Part shown: piece by piece, positions 29,118 to 38,397 of the stretch | How positions within the stretch are numbered: position 1 is the stretch's first letter | How the letters are laid out: every line of letters starts with the position of its first letter | NCBI GenBank assembly: GCA_963827155.1 | Contig: CAWGZV010000002.1 | Span: 3,287,237-3,351,236 of the forward strand | Source of the DNA: an uncultured Chloroflexia bacterium | GTDB lineage: Bacteria > Chloroflexota > Anaerolineae > Anaerolineales > UBA4823 | Length of the DNA: 64,000 nucleotides | Reading direction: 5' to 3' | Notes under the pieces: generated by a model | What the model was told of the DNA's origin: nothing | The model's input: only the letters and a program-made list of their open reading frames with translations | Databases searched by the model: none | Position numbers and translations under genes: made by a program

Positions 29118-30044
29118 TCAAATGGATAATGCGGCTTGATCCTCCGGCATTGAAGCATTTGTTTCACCTGGCGAATCCTTAACCGGCAGCTTACCTCGCC
29201 AGACCAGCCAGGCTAAAAACACCACCATCGGGATCCAGCCGACGATGCTGCTGATTGGACCGCCAAAAGCCAGATCGACTGTCGGCATAAAAAGAATCGG
29301 TAAGCCGGCGACAGCGTTTAAACTGCCGTGTCCCAGCGCCGGCGCCCAAGGGCTGCGCGTTTGCAGGTACAGCCAGCTCAAAAAAGCTCCAAAAAGCACG
29401 CAAAATACGATCATCAGGAACACACCTGCAACCGGGTGCTGCGGATAATTGTGCCCCTGCAGGATCACGGGCATATGCCAGAGCCCCCAAATCACCCCGC
29501 TAAGCACAATCGCCTTCCATTGTCCAAGCCCTTCCAGCTGGGGCAGCAGATATCCTCGCCAGCCCAGCTCTTCCCCTAACGCAAACAAAGTGTTGAAGAT
29601 CGGTCCGATGGTCAATGCCATTGCGATCTGCAGCAAGACGATCATTGCTGGTGGAATTCTAGGCCCCGTGGCAGCCTCCATCGCTTTTTGTATGGATGAA
29701 AATTCCAGGTCAAGCTTTCCCACGCCCAGCAGCCAGGTCAGCAGACCTGCCGCAATCGTCAAGAAGAATGGGGTCAGCCAAGCCCAGAGATAAACCCGCC
29801 AGTTTCCCAGCCGCTGTAGATTCAGGCTGGCAAAAGGCTTTCGATCTACACGCCTCGTACAGACGATCGCAGCTAATCCAGGCGCCCACATCGCAATCGA
29901 CCAGGTGATCAGCGACACAGTCTGTCGGGTGCTGCTGCCAGCAGGACCTGAAGCCAGGGGCAGAACAAACAACAGCCACCCCAATCCAAAGGAAATGATT
30001 AAATACCAGACCATATTTTTTTGTTTGAATTTTTTGATTATCAT
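29118..30044 (-). CDS. CPBP-family (CAAX-type) intramembrane glutamic protease
   Basis: Multi-TM protein with the EELGWRGYL motif and WHMPV. ATG 30044 (MIIKKFKQKNMVWY, AAGGAAA upstream) is preferred; the track start at 30200 would overlap the upstream gene. Confidence 0.8.
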   Translation of the reverse strand: MIIKKFKQKNMVWYLIISFGLGWLLFVLPLASGPAGSSTRQTVSLITWSIAMWAPGLAAIVCTRRVDRKPFASLNLQRLGNWRVYLWAWLTPFFLTIAAGLLTWLLGVGKLDLEFSSIQKAMEAATGPRIPPAMIVLLQIAMALTIGPIFNTLFALGEELGWRGYLLPQLEGLGQWKAIVLSGVIWGLWHMPVILQGHNYPQHPVAGVFLMIVFCVLFGAFLSWLYLQTRSPWAPALGHGSLNAVAGLPILFMPTVDLAFGGPISSIVGWIPMVVFLAWLVWRGKLPVKDSPGETNASMPEDQAALSI

Positions 30045-30123
30045 TTGATTTTCCTTGTTCTTTCTCAATTCTTCCCTGCCGAGGTATCCCCGGCAGGGAA
30101 TTGCGAACAATATCACCATTATT

Positions 30124-30339
30124 TTACGGCCAGCCGCGCGGTTTTTGGTTCGTCGTGCCCACGGGGCGTTTCGCCGCAACGCGGACCTTATTGCTGCCAT
30201 GTGAATTCTCGATGCTGAATACTTCCCAACCTGCTTCGCCGAGCTCCTTCAGCAGCCCGCCGAGCTCTTCATCCTTTAGGCTTTTCAAAGTCGAACCTAA
30301 GGTCTCTACGTAATATTCCCAGCGTCTGGTCTCAGCCAT
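30124..30339 (-). CDS. DUF4177-like small protein
   Basis: 71 aa, RWEYYVETLG...ELGEAGWEVFSIE pattern. Lies 3 nt downstream of the SPFH gene. Confidence 0.6.
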   Translation of the reverse strand: MAETRRWEYYVETLGSTLKSLKDEELGGLLKELGEAGWEVFSIENSHGSNKVRVAAKRPVGTTNQKPRGWP

Positions 30340-30342
30340 GGC

Positions 30343-31299
30343 TTATTCTTCTCCAGAGCTGGCTTGGGCAGCATGGGTGAGCGAAGTCAATCCAGCCAAC
30401 CCTCCCAGGTTCATCGTTTCCACCGCGCTGCTTGGCACAATCACCAGCGCCCCCTTCTCCTTCAAGCCTTCAAATAACATATTCATAGCTCGGAGGTGAA
30501 GAGCAGTTGGATTGTTGATGTAGGCTTCCGATGCTTCCGAAAAAGATTTCGCGATCTGTTTCTCGGATTCTCCCAGGATCACCCGCGCCTGGCGCTCGCG
30601 TTCGGCTTGCGCTTGCCGGCTCATTGCATCCTCGAGGTCCTGCGGGATCACCACGTCTCGAATTTCCACGGATTGGACCGAAATTCCCCACGGCGTGGTT
30701 CGTTCATCGATGATCCGCTGCAGATCGGCGTCCATCTTCTCCCTGCCAATCAGGATATCTGCTAAGGTCATCTGCCCGATAATTTCGCGCAGCGCAGTTT
30801 GTGCCGCCCATGAAATCGCTCCCCAGTAGTCGGCGACTTCCAGCGCTGCTTTTTCGGCATCCCATACCATCCAGAACAACACCGCATCCACATCCACTGG
30901 CACGGTATCCTTTGTCAGCGTCTTCTCGGCGTTGAAGCTCGTCACCATCACACGGTGATCGATCCAATTCGGTGTAGAGTCAAGGATCGGCATGATCCAA
31001 AACAGCCCGGGGCCGCGCAGCCCTCTGAATTTTCCGAGCCTCAGCAGCACTGCCTTTTCCCATTGTTGAGCTACTTTTATTGAATACAGAAGGGTAAGGC
31101 CGACCAGCAAAATTGCCCCGGTCACAATGGCAATTACGATGTCTGAGACCCCTGCATTTTCCATCATCAAAGCTAATATCACGATGATCACCATCAAAAT
31201 GATGAAGATTGTGATCGCGATGCTGCTGATATGCACGTTGTCGGTTTTTTTAGTGCGGCTCACCTGCTGTGAGTTTTCACGATTGCCTTTCATTACCAT
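30343..31299 (-). CDS. SPFH/Band-7 (stomatin-like) membrane protein
   Basis: N-terminal TM segments followed by a PHB domain (VDVDAVLFWMVWDAEKAALEV...IIGQMTLADIL...WGISVQSVEIRDV). Confidence 0.85.
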   Translation of the reverse strand: MVMKGNRENSQQVSRTKKTDNVHISSIAITIFIILMVIIVILALMMENAGVSDIVIAIVTGAILLVGLTLLYSIKVAQQWEKAVLLRLGKFRGLRGPGLFWIMPILDSTPNWIDHRVMVTSFNAEKTLTKDTVPVDVDAVLFWMVWDAEKAALEVADYWGAISWAAQTALREIIGQMTLADILIGREKMDADLQRIIDERTTPWGISVQSVEIRDVVIPQDLEDAMSRQAQAERERQARVILGESEKQIAKSFSEASEAYINNPTALHLRAMNMLFEGLKEKGALVIVPSSAVETMNLGGLAGLTSLTHAAQASSGEE

Positions 31300-31681
31300 T
31301 CTCCTTCCAGTTTCTCAAGGGTCTAACGAATTCCGCTTCAATCTCTTGGAGGCTGTAGCCCTGGCGGCTCAATCCATCTAAAAAAGTCATTACCTGTTCA
31401 TGAAGCGTCTTGCTGCGGAGCTTTTCCACAGCTTCTTGTGAAGGTTTTTCCCAGACATAGGTACCTCTGCCGAGTTGGGTCGAGATCAACCCTGCCTCGT
31501 CCAGCAACCGGTAAGCGCGCGCTACTGTGTTGAAATTCACCCGCAAATCAGCAGCAAGCTGGCGAACGGTTGGGAGCTGGTCACCGGGCACCAGCTCGCC
31601 TGACATGATCTGCTTTCGAACCTGCTCGACAATCTGCAGATAAATGGGTTGCCCGCTGCGAAAATCGATCGCTATTTCCAT
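31277..31681 (-). CDS. GntR-family (YtrA-like, short) transcriptional regulator
   Basis: Winged HTH: PIYLQIVEQVRKQIMSGELVPGDQLPTVRQLAADLRVNFNTVARAYRLL. First gene of the GntR-SPFH-DUF4177-CPBP operon. Confidence 0.85.
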   Translation of the reverse strand: MEIAIDFRSGQPIYLQIVEQVRKQIMSGELVPGDQLPTVRQLAADLRVNFNTVARAYRLLDEAGLISTQLGRGTYVWEKPSQEAVEKLRSKTLHEQVMTFLDGLSRQGYSLQEIEAEFVRPLRNWKENGNERQS

Positions 31682-31710
31682 TTTTCGATAATCCTATAGG
31701 TTCTCTCCAT

Positions 31711-31758
31711 ATTGTATGATTGTCTTATTGTATTATTGTATTATTGAGTGAATTGTAC
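31711..31758. promoter_or_regulatory. Array of ATTGTAT-type direct repeats in the GntR divergent promoter region (candidate operator)
   Basis: ATTGTAT at 31711, 31727 and 31735; ATTGAGT at 31743; ATTGTAC at 31752. Spacing is 8-16 nt, starting 30 nt upstream of the GntR start codon. Confidence 0.35.
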
Positions 31759-31805
31759 ACAAACAACCCATCCTTGTCAAGAGGGTTCGATGTAAAATAG
31801 CGATT

Positions 31806-32721
31806 ATGATTATCAGTGCAAGTCGCCGCACCGATATCCCTGCCTTCTACCCGCGCTGGATGATCAATCGAATGCGCCTTGGCTGGTGCCTTGTTCCGAA
31901 TCCCTTCAACAGCCGTCAGGTATCAAAGATTTCATTGGCGCCAGAAGATGTCGCCGCAATTGTATTTTGGACGCGCAGCCCGCGGCCTCTCCTCCCTTAC
32001 CTGGATGAGCTGAATGGTCGGGGCTACCGCTACTACTTTCAATTCACCCTGATGGATAATCCATCGATTATCGATCCGCATCATCCTCCAATTTCTCTTC
32101 AGCTTGAAACCTTCCGAGCGCTAGCGGACTTTATCGGAGCCGAGCGCGTTATCTGGCGCTATGACCCGATCGTTCTCACTTCAATAACTCCTCCCGAATA
32201 TCATCTCCGCAATTTCGCTACTATTGCTCAAGCGCTTAAAGGCAGTACCAGGCGCTGCGTAATCAGCTTCCTGGATATTTACGCGAAAATTCGCCCTCGC
32301 CTGACTGAAATGTCAGTCCAAGGCGCCCCTTTGCTGCCTGTTGTAGAGCAACAGCAGCCTGTTGGACCAGCCGTTCCGGAGCAGATTGGCTCGTTAAACT
32401 TGTGACCTCGCCCAAATCGCCTATCAGCATGGGATGGATATTGTGTCGTGCGCCGAGCCTTATGATCTCCTTCCCTTCGGAGTCCGTCCAGGGAAATGTA
32501 TCGATGACGAGCTTATCTCCCGCCTTTTTGGCTTGGATGTCACGCACATCAAGGATCCATCACAGCGCCTCGCCTGCGGATGTGTTCAAAGCCGAGATAT
32601 TGGAATGTACGATTCCTGCCTGTTTGGCTGTCGGTACTGCTATGCCACCAGCAGCTTCGATCGTTCTCGCCGAAATTTCGGTCAACACGATCCGGAATTT
32701 CCTTCTTTGTATCGATTTTAG
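31806..32721 (+). pseudogene. DUF1848-family protein, reading frame interrupted as sequenced (fragments 31806..32405 and 32434..32721)
   Basis: N-terminus MIISASRRTDIPAFYPRWM and C-terminus CGCVQSRDIGMYDSCLFGCRYCYA. The second frame is already open from 32398 (DLAQIAYQHGMDIVSCAEPYDL). The shift must lie in 32396-32402, which contains an AAA run. Confidence 0.7.
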
Positions 32722-32817
32722 CGATTTCCTTTACTTAATCCCCCTTGACTTTCCCGTCGCGGGAGGGTATACAATCCCAAAAGCTTTCGAACAGGAGCCG
32801 CGCTTAGGTCATTTGCC

Positions 32818-34132
32818 ATGTTCAAGATTGGTGATTTCTCAAAGCTTGCCCAGATCTCAGTCAAAACCCTGCGTCATTATGACCGCCTCAAGCTTTTCGA
32901 GCCGGCATGGGTAGACCGCTTCACGGGTTACCGTTACTATTCGCTAGATCAGCTTTCCCGTCTGAACCGCATCCTGGCTCTCAAGGATCTGGGTTTCTCT
33001 CTGGCTCAGATCCAGACCTTGTTGGTGCAGGATCTGCCTCCCGAAAAGCTCCGCTTGATGATGCGCACCCAACAGCTTGATCTGGAACGCCAGGTCAAAA
33101 ACGAACAGGCGCGCCTCAATCGCATCGAAGCCAGATTGCGCCAGATTGACCGTGAAGGTTCGCTTCCTGCCTACGATGTCGTCTTAAGCAGACTCCCCCT
33201 TTAAAGTGGCTGGTCTGAGGGACTGCGTCTCGCAAATGGATGTACTGCTTGTGCTGTTTGCCGAGCTGGATCGCAATCTCCCCCCTCGGCTACTAGACTT
33301 GCCGATTTGGGGTTCGTATCTGGCGGTCTATTACGATACCGAATACCGCGATCTTAATATTGACGTTGAAGCTGCTCGCCTCATCAAGACCAATAGTGTT
33401 CTAGATTTGAGTTGATTAATACACGATCTGCCTGCCGTTTCGAGCATGGCCTCCACTATTTACCAGGGCAGCATTATCGACCTTCCGGATGCCACTCAGA
33501 ACCTGTTAGCCTGGATTTCCGCAAATGGCTACCGCATCTCCGGTCCGGCTCGGGAGATTTATTTGCAGAGCGCTCTTCCAACGGATTTTTCAGATGACCT
33601 GATCGTGGAAGTACAGGTTCCTGTGGAAAGTCTGCCCAAACCAATATTTAATCCTAATCCTAAGGAGAATGTTGATATGGAACCAAAACTCGTCAGTAAA
33701 CTCCAATTCACTGCTGTAGGCCTGGAATATTATGGAACGAATCAGAATCAGGAGATCGCAGAGCTCTGGCAGCAGTTTAATCCTCGCATCTCTGAGATCG
33801 TCAAATGCATCGATGGTGCGTTTGGTCTGTGCAGTCCGGTGGATAAAACAGGAGCATTCCGGTACCTGGCTGCAATGGAGGTTTCCGATTCCTCCTTGAT
33901 TCCGGATGGGATGACTGTCTGGGAAGTGCCAGCACAGGATTACATCGTCTTTCCCAGCACACTACCCCGTGTTGGGGAAACCTATCAATATGCCTTCGAA
34001 ACCTGGATCCCACAGTCGTCCTTTGTGTATACCCAGGGCATCGATTTCGAGCTCTACGACGAACAATTTGATCCGCAAGACCCCGACTCGCCCATCTTCG
34101 TATATATTCCAGTGGAGAGGAAGCGTAGCTGA
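32818..34132 (+). pseudogene. MerR-family regulator with tandem GyrI-like effector-binding modules, disrupted by one frameshift and one in-frame TGA
   Basis: The MerR HTH (MFKIGDFSKLAQISVKTLRHYDRLKLF) and coiled coil end at 33204. The frame is restored by removing one C of the C5 run at 33195-33199 (RLPFKVAGLRDCV). An in-frame TGA sits at 33413-33415 between ORFs 33206..33415 and 33446..34132, which share a frame. The second GyrI-like module begins at MEPKLV (ATG 33677, AAGGAG 9 nt upstream) and could be translated independently. Confidence 0.7.
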
Positions 34133-34219
34133 GGTCTCAAAAGCAATTTATTTAGATTTTGCAGGACCTCTTTTAGTGTCTGCCTGTCGAGCCGATCCTT
34201 GAGAAGCGTAATGGCTGGT

Positions 34220-36997
34220 TCACACCGATTGGATCAACCGGCGCAGCCCGATCTGCAAATCGTCTTCGATATGGAAACGGATCACCTTTCGACCGCGATC
34301 CAGCAGCGCCTGGCTATCACCAAGCGCCTGGGCTCTTTCGAGCACCCCAAAACTGATCCGAGATTCCGCCTCTCCTAGCTTCTCTGGGATCGCAGCATCC
34401 TCCAGCGCTTCGCAAGTGATCTGGATGAACAATCCACGACCTGCATCGCCCTTGTGGAGCTGGCCGGTTGAATGCAGGAACCGCGGCCCGTATCCGGTTG
34501 TCACTGCAAGCTTCGTCCGCTCTCGCAGCTCGGTCCGCAGCGCCAGGAGCGACGCGTCGTTGGCGGTTGATGGTGGAATATAAGACAGCACAGCCAGGTA
34601 TCCACCAGGCTGTGCCTGGGAGAGGAACTCATCCCAGCATCCGGGCAGGTCTTTGCTCTGCATTGGACCAAAAACTTGGATGCCGTTTTTCCGAAGATTA
34701 GCCGCAGGTTCTGGCAGCTGCCCTGACTCCTGAAACGAAGCGACCATTTTTCGGGCGAGTATTTTTGCAGATTCCACATCTGGCTGGTCGAATGGCTGCA
34801 CCCCCAGGCGCTGACATGCAACCGCCGTGGCGAATTCCCAAAGAAAGATTTGCCCGCCCAGATCATAAGTATCTTCTATTGTTATACCGATTACTGGAAA
34901 TTCAGCCTGCTCCAACGCCTTCACCAAATTATCTTGATCGTGGTCGCCTGCCAGCCTTAGATAAACAAAAGCCCGGTCAGCTGCATATGAATTTGGATTA
35001 CCGGTGACTTCGCCTACTACCGGCAGGATCCCTATGCCAGATTTCCCGCTGCTTTCTGCGATGAGCTGTTCCAGCCAATCGCCGAATGTACGCAGTTCAG
35101 TGGAGCTGATCAGGGTCAGTTTATCCCGTCCCTGACGTGCCAGCTCACCTATGATCGCACCCAGATATACGCCGATATTTTCTACCGCCGGCGTTTTGGC
35201 GCAGACTGCTGCCATTCCGACCGCCCGCAAGAGCAGTTTGCGCAGGTCAATGCCTATCAGCCCGGCAGGCGCCAATCCAAAAAGCGAAAGCCCCGAAAAC
35301 CGCCCACCAATGTTAGGATCATTTAATAATATCGTCCGGAATTTGAAGCTCTCTGCGATCTTCGCAATCTCACTACCAGGGTCAGTGATTGCGACGAAAT
35401 GGGCGCCGACTTGCTCCACACCCAGGCTCTCAGCAGCTAGGTTGTAGAAAAATTCCATAAAAGATGCCGTTTCAACAGTCCCGCCCGATTTCGTGGAGAC
35501 GAGATATAGCGTCTTTGCCGGGTTCAGCCTTCGCGCCGCCTCGAGCACAGCTGCAGGGTCAGTGCTGTCGAGCACAGACAGATCGAGATATCCGGGTTTT
35601 ACCCCGAAGCATTTCCGAAATACCTCTGGCGCCAGGCTGGAGCCTCCCATCCCAAGAAGCAGGGCATGCGTGTAACCTGCTCCCCGCACATCGGATACAA
35701 GCTGCTCAATCCGTGTCACCTGATCCAGCATGACTTCGGCGGTTTGTAACCAGCCCAACCGGTTTGTGATTTCGCTCGGATCGGGATTCCACACTGTGTG
35801 GTCCCCTTTCCAGATCCGTGAGATTATTTCATCTTGGTCGATTTCAGCCAGGGCGCGGTTCACTTTTGCCTGGGTTTTTCCAAGCCGAACGGATAAACTC
35901 AGCTCTTCTGCTCGCATGAACTCATATTTTCGTTCCAACCCATCCATCAGCGAGTTGAATGATTTTGCAAATGCCGCGACACCCTCATCTTCCAGCTTCT
36001 GTGTTACTCCATCGAGATCGATCCCTATCTCATGCAGCTGGTTGAGCTGGTGGAGAGATTCGGGGATACCAGACTCGAGTGATGATCTCGCCTTTCCGTG
36101 ATCCAAAATCGCTTCGAGCGTGATAGGGGGGAGAGTGTTCACGGTCTGCGTTCCAACCAGCGCCTCGACATAATATGTGTCCGGATACGCTGGATTCTTG
36201 GTGCTGGTGCTTGCCCAAAGTGGTCGCTGGACCTGAGCGCCTCTCGCAGCCAACTGCATCCAACGCTCGCTTCCGTACATCTCACAAAAGCGAGAATAAG
36301 CTGCCCTGGAATTCGCGATCGCAATTTTTCCTTCAAGCGCGCCAGCTCCTGCAGCTTTAAGCAGCGGATCCAGCATCGTATCGACCCGGCTCACAAAGAA
36401 AGATGCTACCGAGGCGATCCTTCCGATCTCGCCGCCAGCCTTCAACCGCTCTTCCAACCCGCGCATATGTGCCTCAATTACGGCTTCGTACTGCTTGATC
36501 GAGAAAATCAGAGTCACATTGATGTTTACCCCGCTTCTGAGCGCCTCCTGGATCGCAGGGAGTCCTTCGTTTGTCGCCGGGATCTTAACCATCAGGTTTG
36601 CTCGATCTACCATCTTGAACAGTCGAATGGCATCAGATGCGGTCTTTTCGGAATCATATGCCAGCCTGGGGCTGACCTCTAAACTCACAAACCCATCTCT
36701 GCCGCCGCTGCTTTCATAAACCGGGAGCAAAATATCTGCCGCCTGACGGATATCCGCGATGACCAGCGCTTCGTAAGTCTCCGGCAGGGTCTTCCGCTGC
36801 CGCACCAGTTCCCGCAGTTCTTCATCGTACTCCTGGCTACCGCGAATCGCTTTTTCGAAAATGCTTGGATTGGAAGTCAGTCCGCGAAGCCCAAGTTGGA
36901 CCAGTCTTGCCAGCTCGCCGCTTGAAAAATAATCTCTGCGGATATCGTCCAGCCAGATAGACTGCCCTGCTTCAAGAAATTGGCTGAGTTTTGCCAT
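34220..36997 (-). CDS. Bifunctional transaldolase / glucose-6-phosphate isomerase fusion protein
   Basis: 925 aa. The N-terminal transaldolase part includes GLRGLTSNPSIFEKAI and MVKIPAT. The C-terminal PGI-like SIS domains include LLGMGGSSLAPE. Confidence 0.9.
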   Translation of the reverse strand: MAKLSQFLEAGQSIWLDDIRRDYFSSGELARLVQLGLRGLTSNPSIFEKAIRGSQEYDEELRELVRQRKTLPETYEALVIADIRQAADILLPVYESSGGRDGFVSLEVSPRLAYDSEKTASDAIRLFKMVDRANLMVKIPATNEGLPAIQEALRSGVNINVTLIFSIKQYEAVIEAHMRGLEERLKAGGEIGRIASVASFFVSRVDTMLDPLLKAAGAGALEGKIAIANSRAAYSRFCEMYGSERWMQLAARGAQVQRPLWASTSTKNPAYPDTYYVEALVGTQTVNTLPPITLEAILDHGKARSSLESGIPESLHQLNQLHEIGIDLDGVTQKLEDEGVAAFAKSFNSLMDGLERKYEFMRAEELSLSVRLGKTQAKVNRALAEIDQDEIISRIWKGDHTVWNPDPSEITNRLGWLQTAEVMLDQVTRIEQLVSDVRGAGYTHALLLGMGGSSLAPEVFRKCFGVKPGYLDLSVLDSTDPAAVLEAARRLNPAKTLYLVSTKSGGTVETASFMEFFYNLAAESLGVEQVGAHFVAITDPGSEIAKIAESFKFRTILLNDPNIGGRFSGLSLFGLAPAGLIGIDLRKLLLRAVGMAAVCAKTPAVENIGVYLGAIIGELARQGRDKLTLISSTELRTFGDWLEQLIAESSGKSGIGILPVVGEVTGNPNSYAADRAFVYLRLAGDHDQDNLVKALEQAEFPVIGITIEDTYDLGGQIFLWEFATAVACQRLGVQPFDQPDVESAKILARKMVASFQESGQLPEPAANLRKNGIQVFGPMQSKDLPGCWDEFLSQAQPGGYLAVLSYIPPSTANDASLLALRTELRERTKLAVTTGYGPRFLHSTGQLHKGDAGRGLFIQITCEALEDAAIPEKLGEAESRISFGVLERAQALGDSQALLDRGRKVIRFHIEDDLQIGLRRLIQSV

Positions 36998-37045
36998 ATT
37001 AATCTCCAGTAGATCTCTGGTTTCAGTCGATCATTGCGGTGAAGA

Positions 37046-38341
37046 TCACACTGTCTTTAAAAAGTCGCGGATGCTGAGCGCTGCGGCTGCGCCTTCTCCA
37101 ACAGCAGAAGCCACCTGGTTTGTGCTACCGTGCCGCACATCTCCAGCTGCGAACAGCCCTGGCAGGCTTGTTTCGAAAGCCAACGGGATGCGCTCCAATT
37201 TGTAATTGCTGCCAATTTCATTCATATGATCGAAGAGATCGTGACCGGTGAGGATATAACCGAATTCATCCAGCGCAGCCAGATCTTTCACGAAGTGGCT
37301 GTTTGGTTTCTGGCCGATAAAAATAAAAACCGCTGACGGGTGGATCAGGCTTTCCTCCCCTCTGATCGCATCTCGCAGCCGGATAGCAGTCAGTTTGGAT
37401 CCACTGCCCTCGAATCCTTCAACTGTCGTATTGAATTGGACCTGGATCCGTGAACTTGGCTCGCTGATTTTATCGATCGCGATCTGACTTGCGGTCAAGT
37501 GGTCTCCGCGCACCAGCATCGTCACTTGATCAGCAAAACGGGTCAGGTGCAGGCTTTCCTCAGCAGCCGAGTTGCCGCCGCCGATTACCGCGATCTCTTT
37601 CGCGCCTTTGTAGAATGGTCCATCGCAAGTTGCGCAAAAATGGATCCCCGCCCCGACAAAGTCATCTTCCCCCGGCACACCAAGTCGCCGATATGTCGCC
37701 CCGGTCGAAACCAGGAATGCATTTGCATGCAGATGTTTCCCGCTCTCATCTTTCACGCAGAAGCAGGAGGCTTCGTGCTGGATGCCGACGGCCTCCTGTG
37801 CTTGTAATATCTCTACCCCAAAGCGCTTTGCCTGCTGGACGATTTGTTCCGCAAATTCCTGACCACTGATCCCTTCTGGAAAGCCCGGGAAATTATCGAT
37901 CCCACCGCTGATCGCGGCCTGTCCCCCAAGTCCAGAGCGCTCTATCAGCAGCGTCTCCACCCCTTCGCGTGCCGCGTAAATCGCCGCGGTAAGACCGGCT
38001 GGTCCGCCTCCAATGATAATCAGGTCATAAAAACTGGATTTTGTCTCCGTATTCAACCCCAGTTTACGCGCCAGCTCGGCATTGGTCGGCTCAACCAATA
38101 TTGAGCCATCCGGGAAGACAATCGTGGGGATGATCCGCTTGCCGTGGTTGAGCTGGACGATATATTGTTCGGTCTCAGGCGCTTGCTCGATATCCACCCA
38201 CTCAAATTGAACAAACTGCTCGCTCAAGAATTTCTTGGACCGATGGCAGTCCGGGCACCAGTGCGCACCATACACCTTAATAATAGAGCCTGTCAAATCA
38301 TGCACCTCCAAATCAAACAAAATGAATACTCGCCTGGCCAC
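37046..38341 (-). CDS. Thioredoxin-disulfide reductase with an N-terminal glutaredoxin/NrdH-like domain
   Basis: The N-terminal ~90 aa has a CPDC redox motif (VYGAHWCPDCHRSKKFL). The TrxR core follows: GGGPAGLTAAIYAAREG, CATCDG, GGGNSAAEE. Confidence 0.85.
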   Translation of the reverse strand: MARRVFILFDLEVHDLTGSIIKVYGAHWCPDCHRSKKFLSEQFVQFEWVDIEQAPETEQYIVQLNHGKRIIPTIVFPDGSILVEPTNAELARKLGLNTETKSSFYDLIIIGGGPAGLTAAIYAAREGVETLLIERSGLGGQAAISGGIDNFPGFPEGISGQEFAEQIVQQAKRFGVEILQAQEAVGIQHEASCFCVKDESGKHLHANAFLVSTGATYRRLGVPGEDDFVGAGIHFCATCDGPFYKGAKEIAVIGGGNSAAEESLHLTRFADQVTMLVRGDHLTASQIAIDKISEPSSRIQVQFNTTVEGFEGSGSKLTAIRLRDAIRGEESLIHPSAVFIFIGQKPNSHFVKDLAALDEFGYILTGHDLFDHMNEIGSNYKLERIPLAFETSLPGLFAAGDVRHGSTNQVASAVGEGAAAALSIRDFLKTV

Positions 38342-38397
38342 TCAACCCCATGGGCGGCGGATCCCCTGGTATTCGAAGCTGAATTATAATACCGCCC

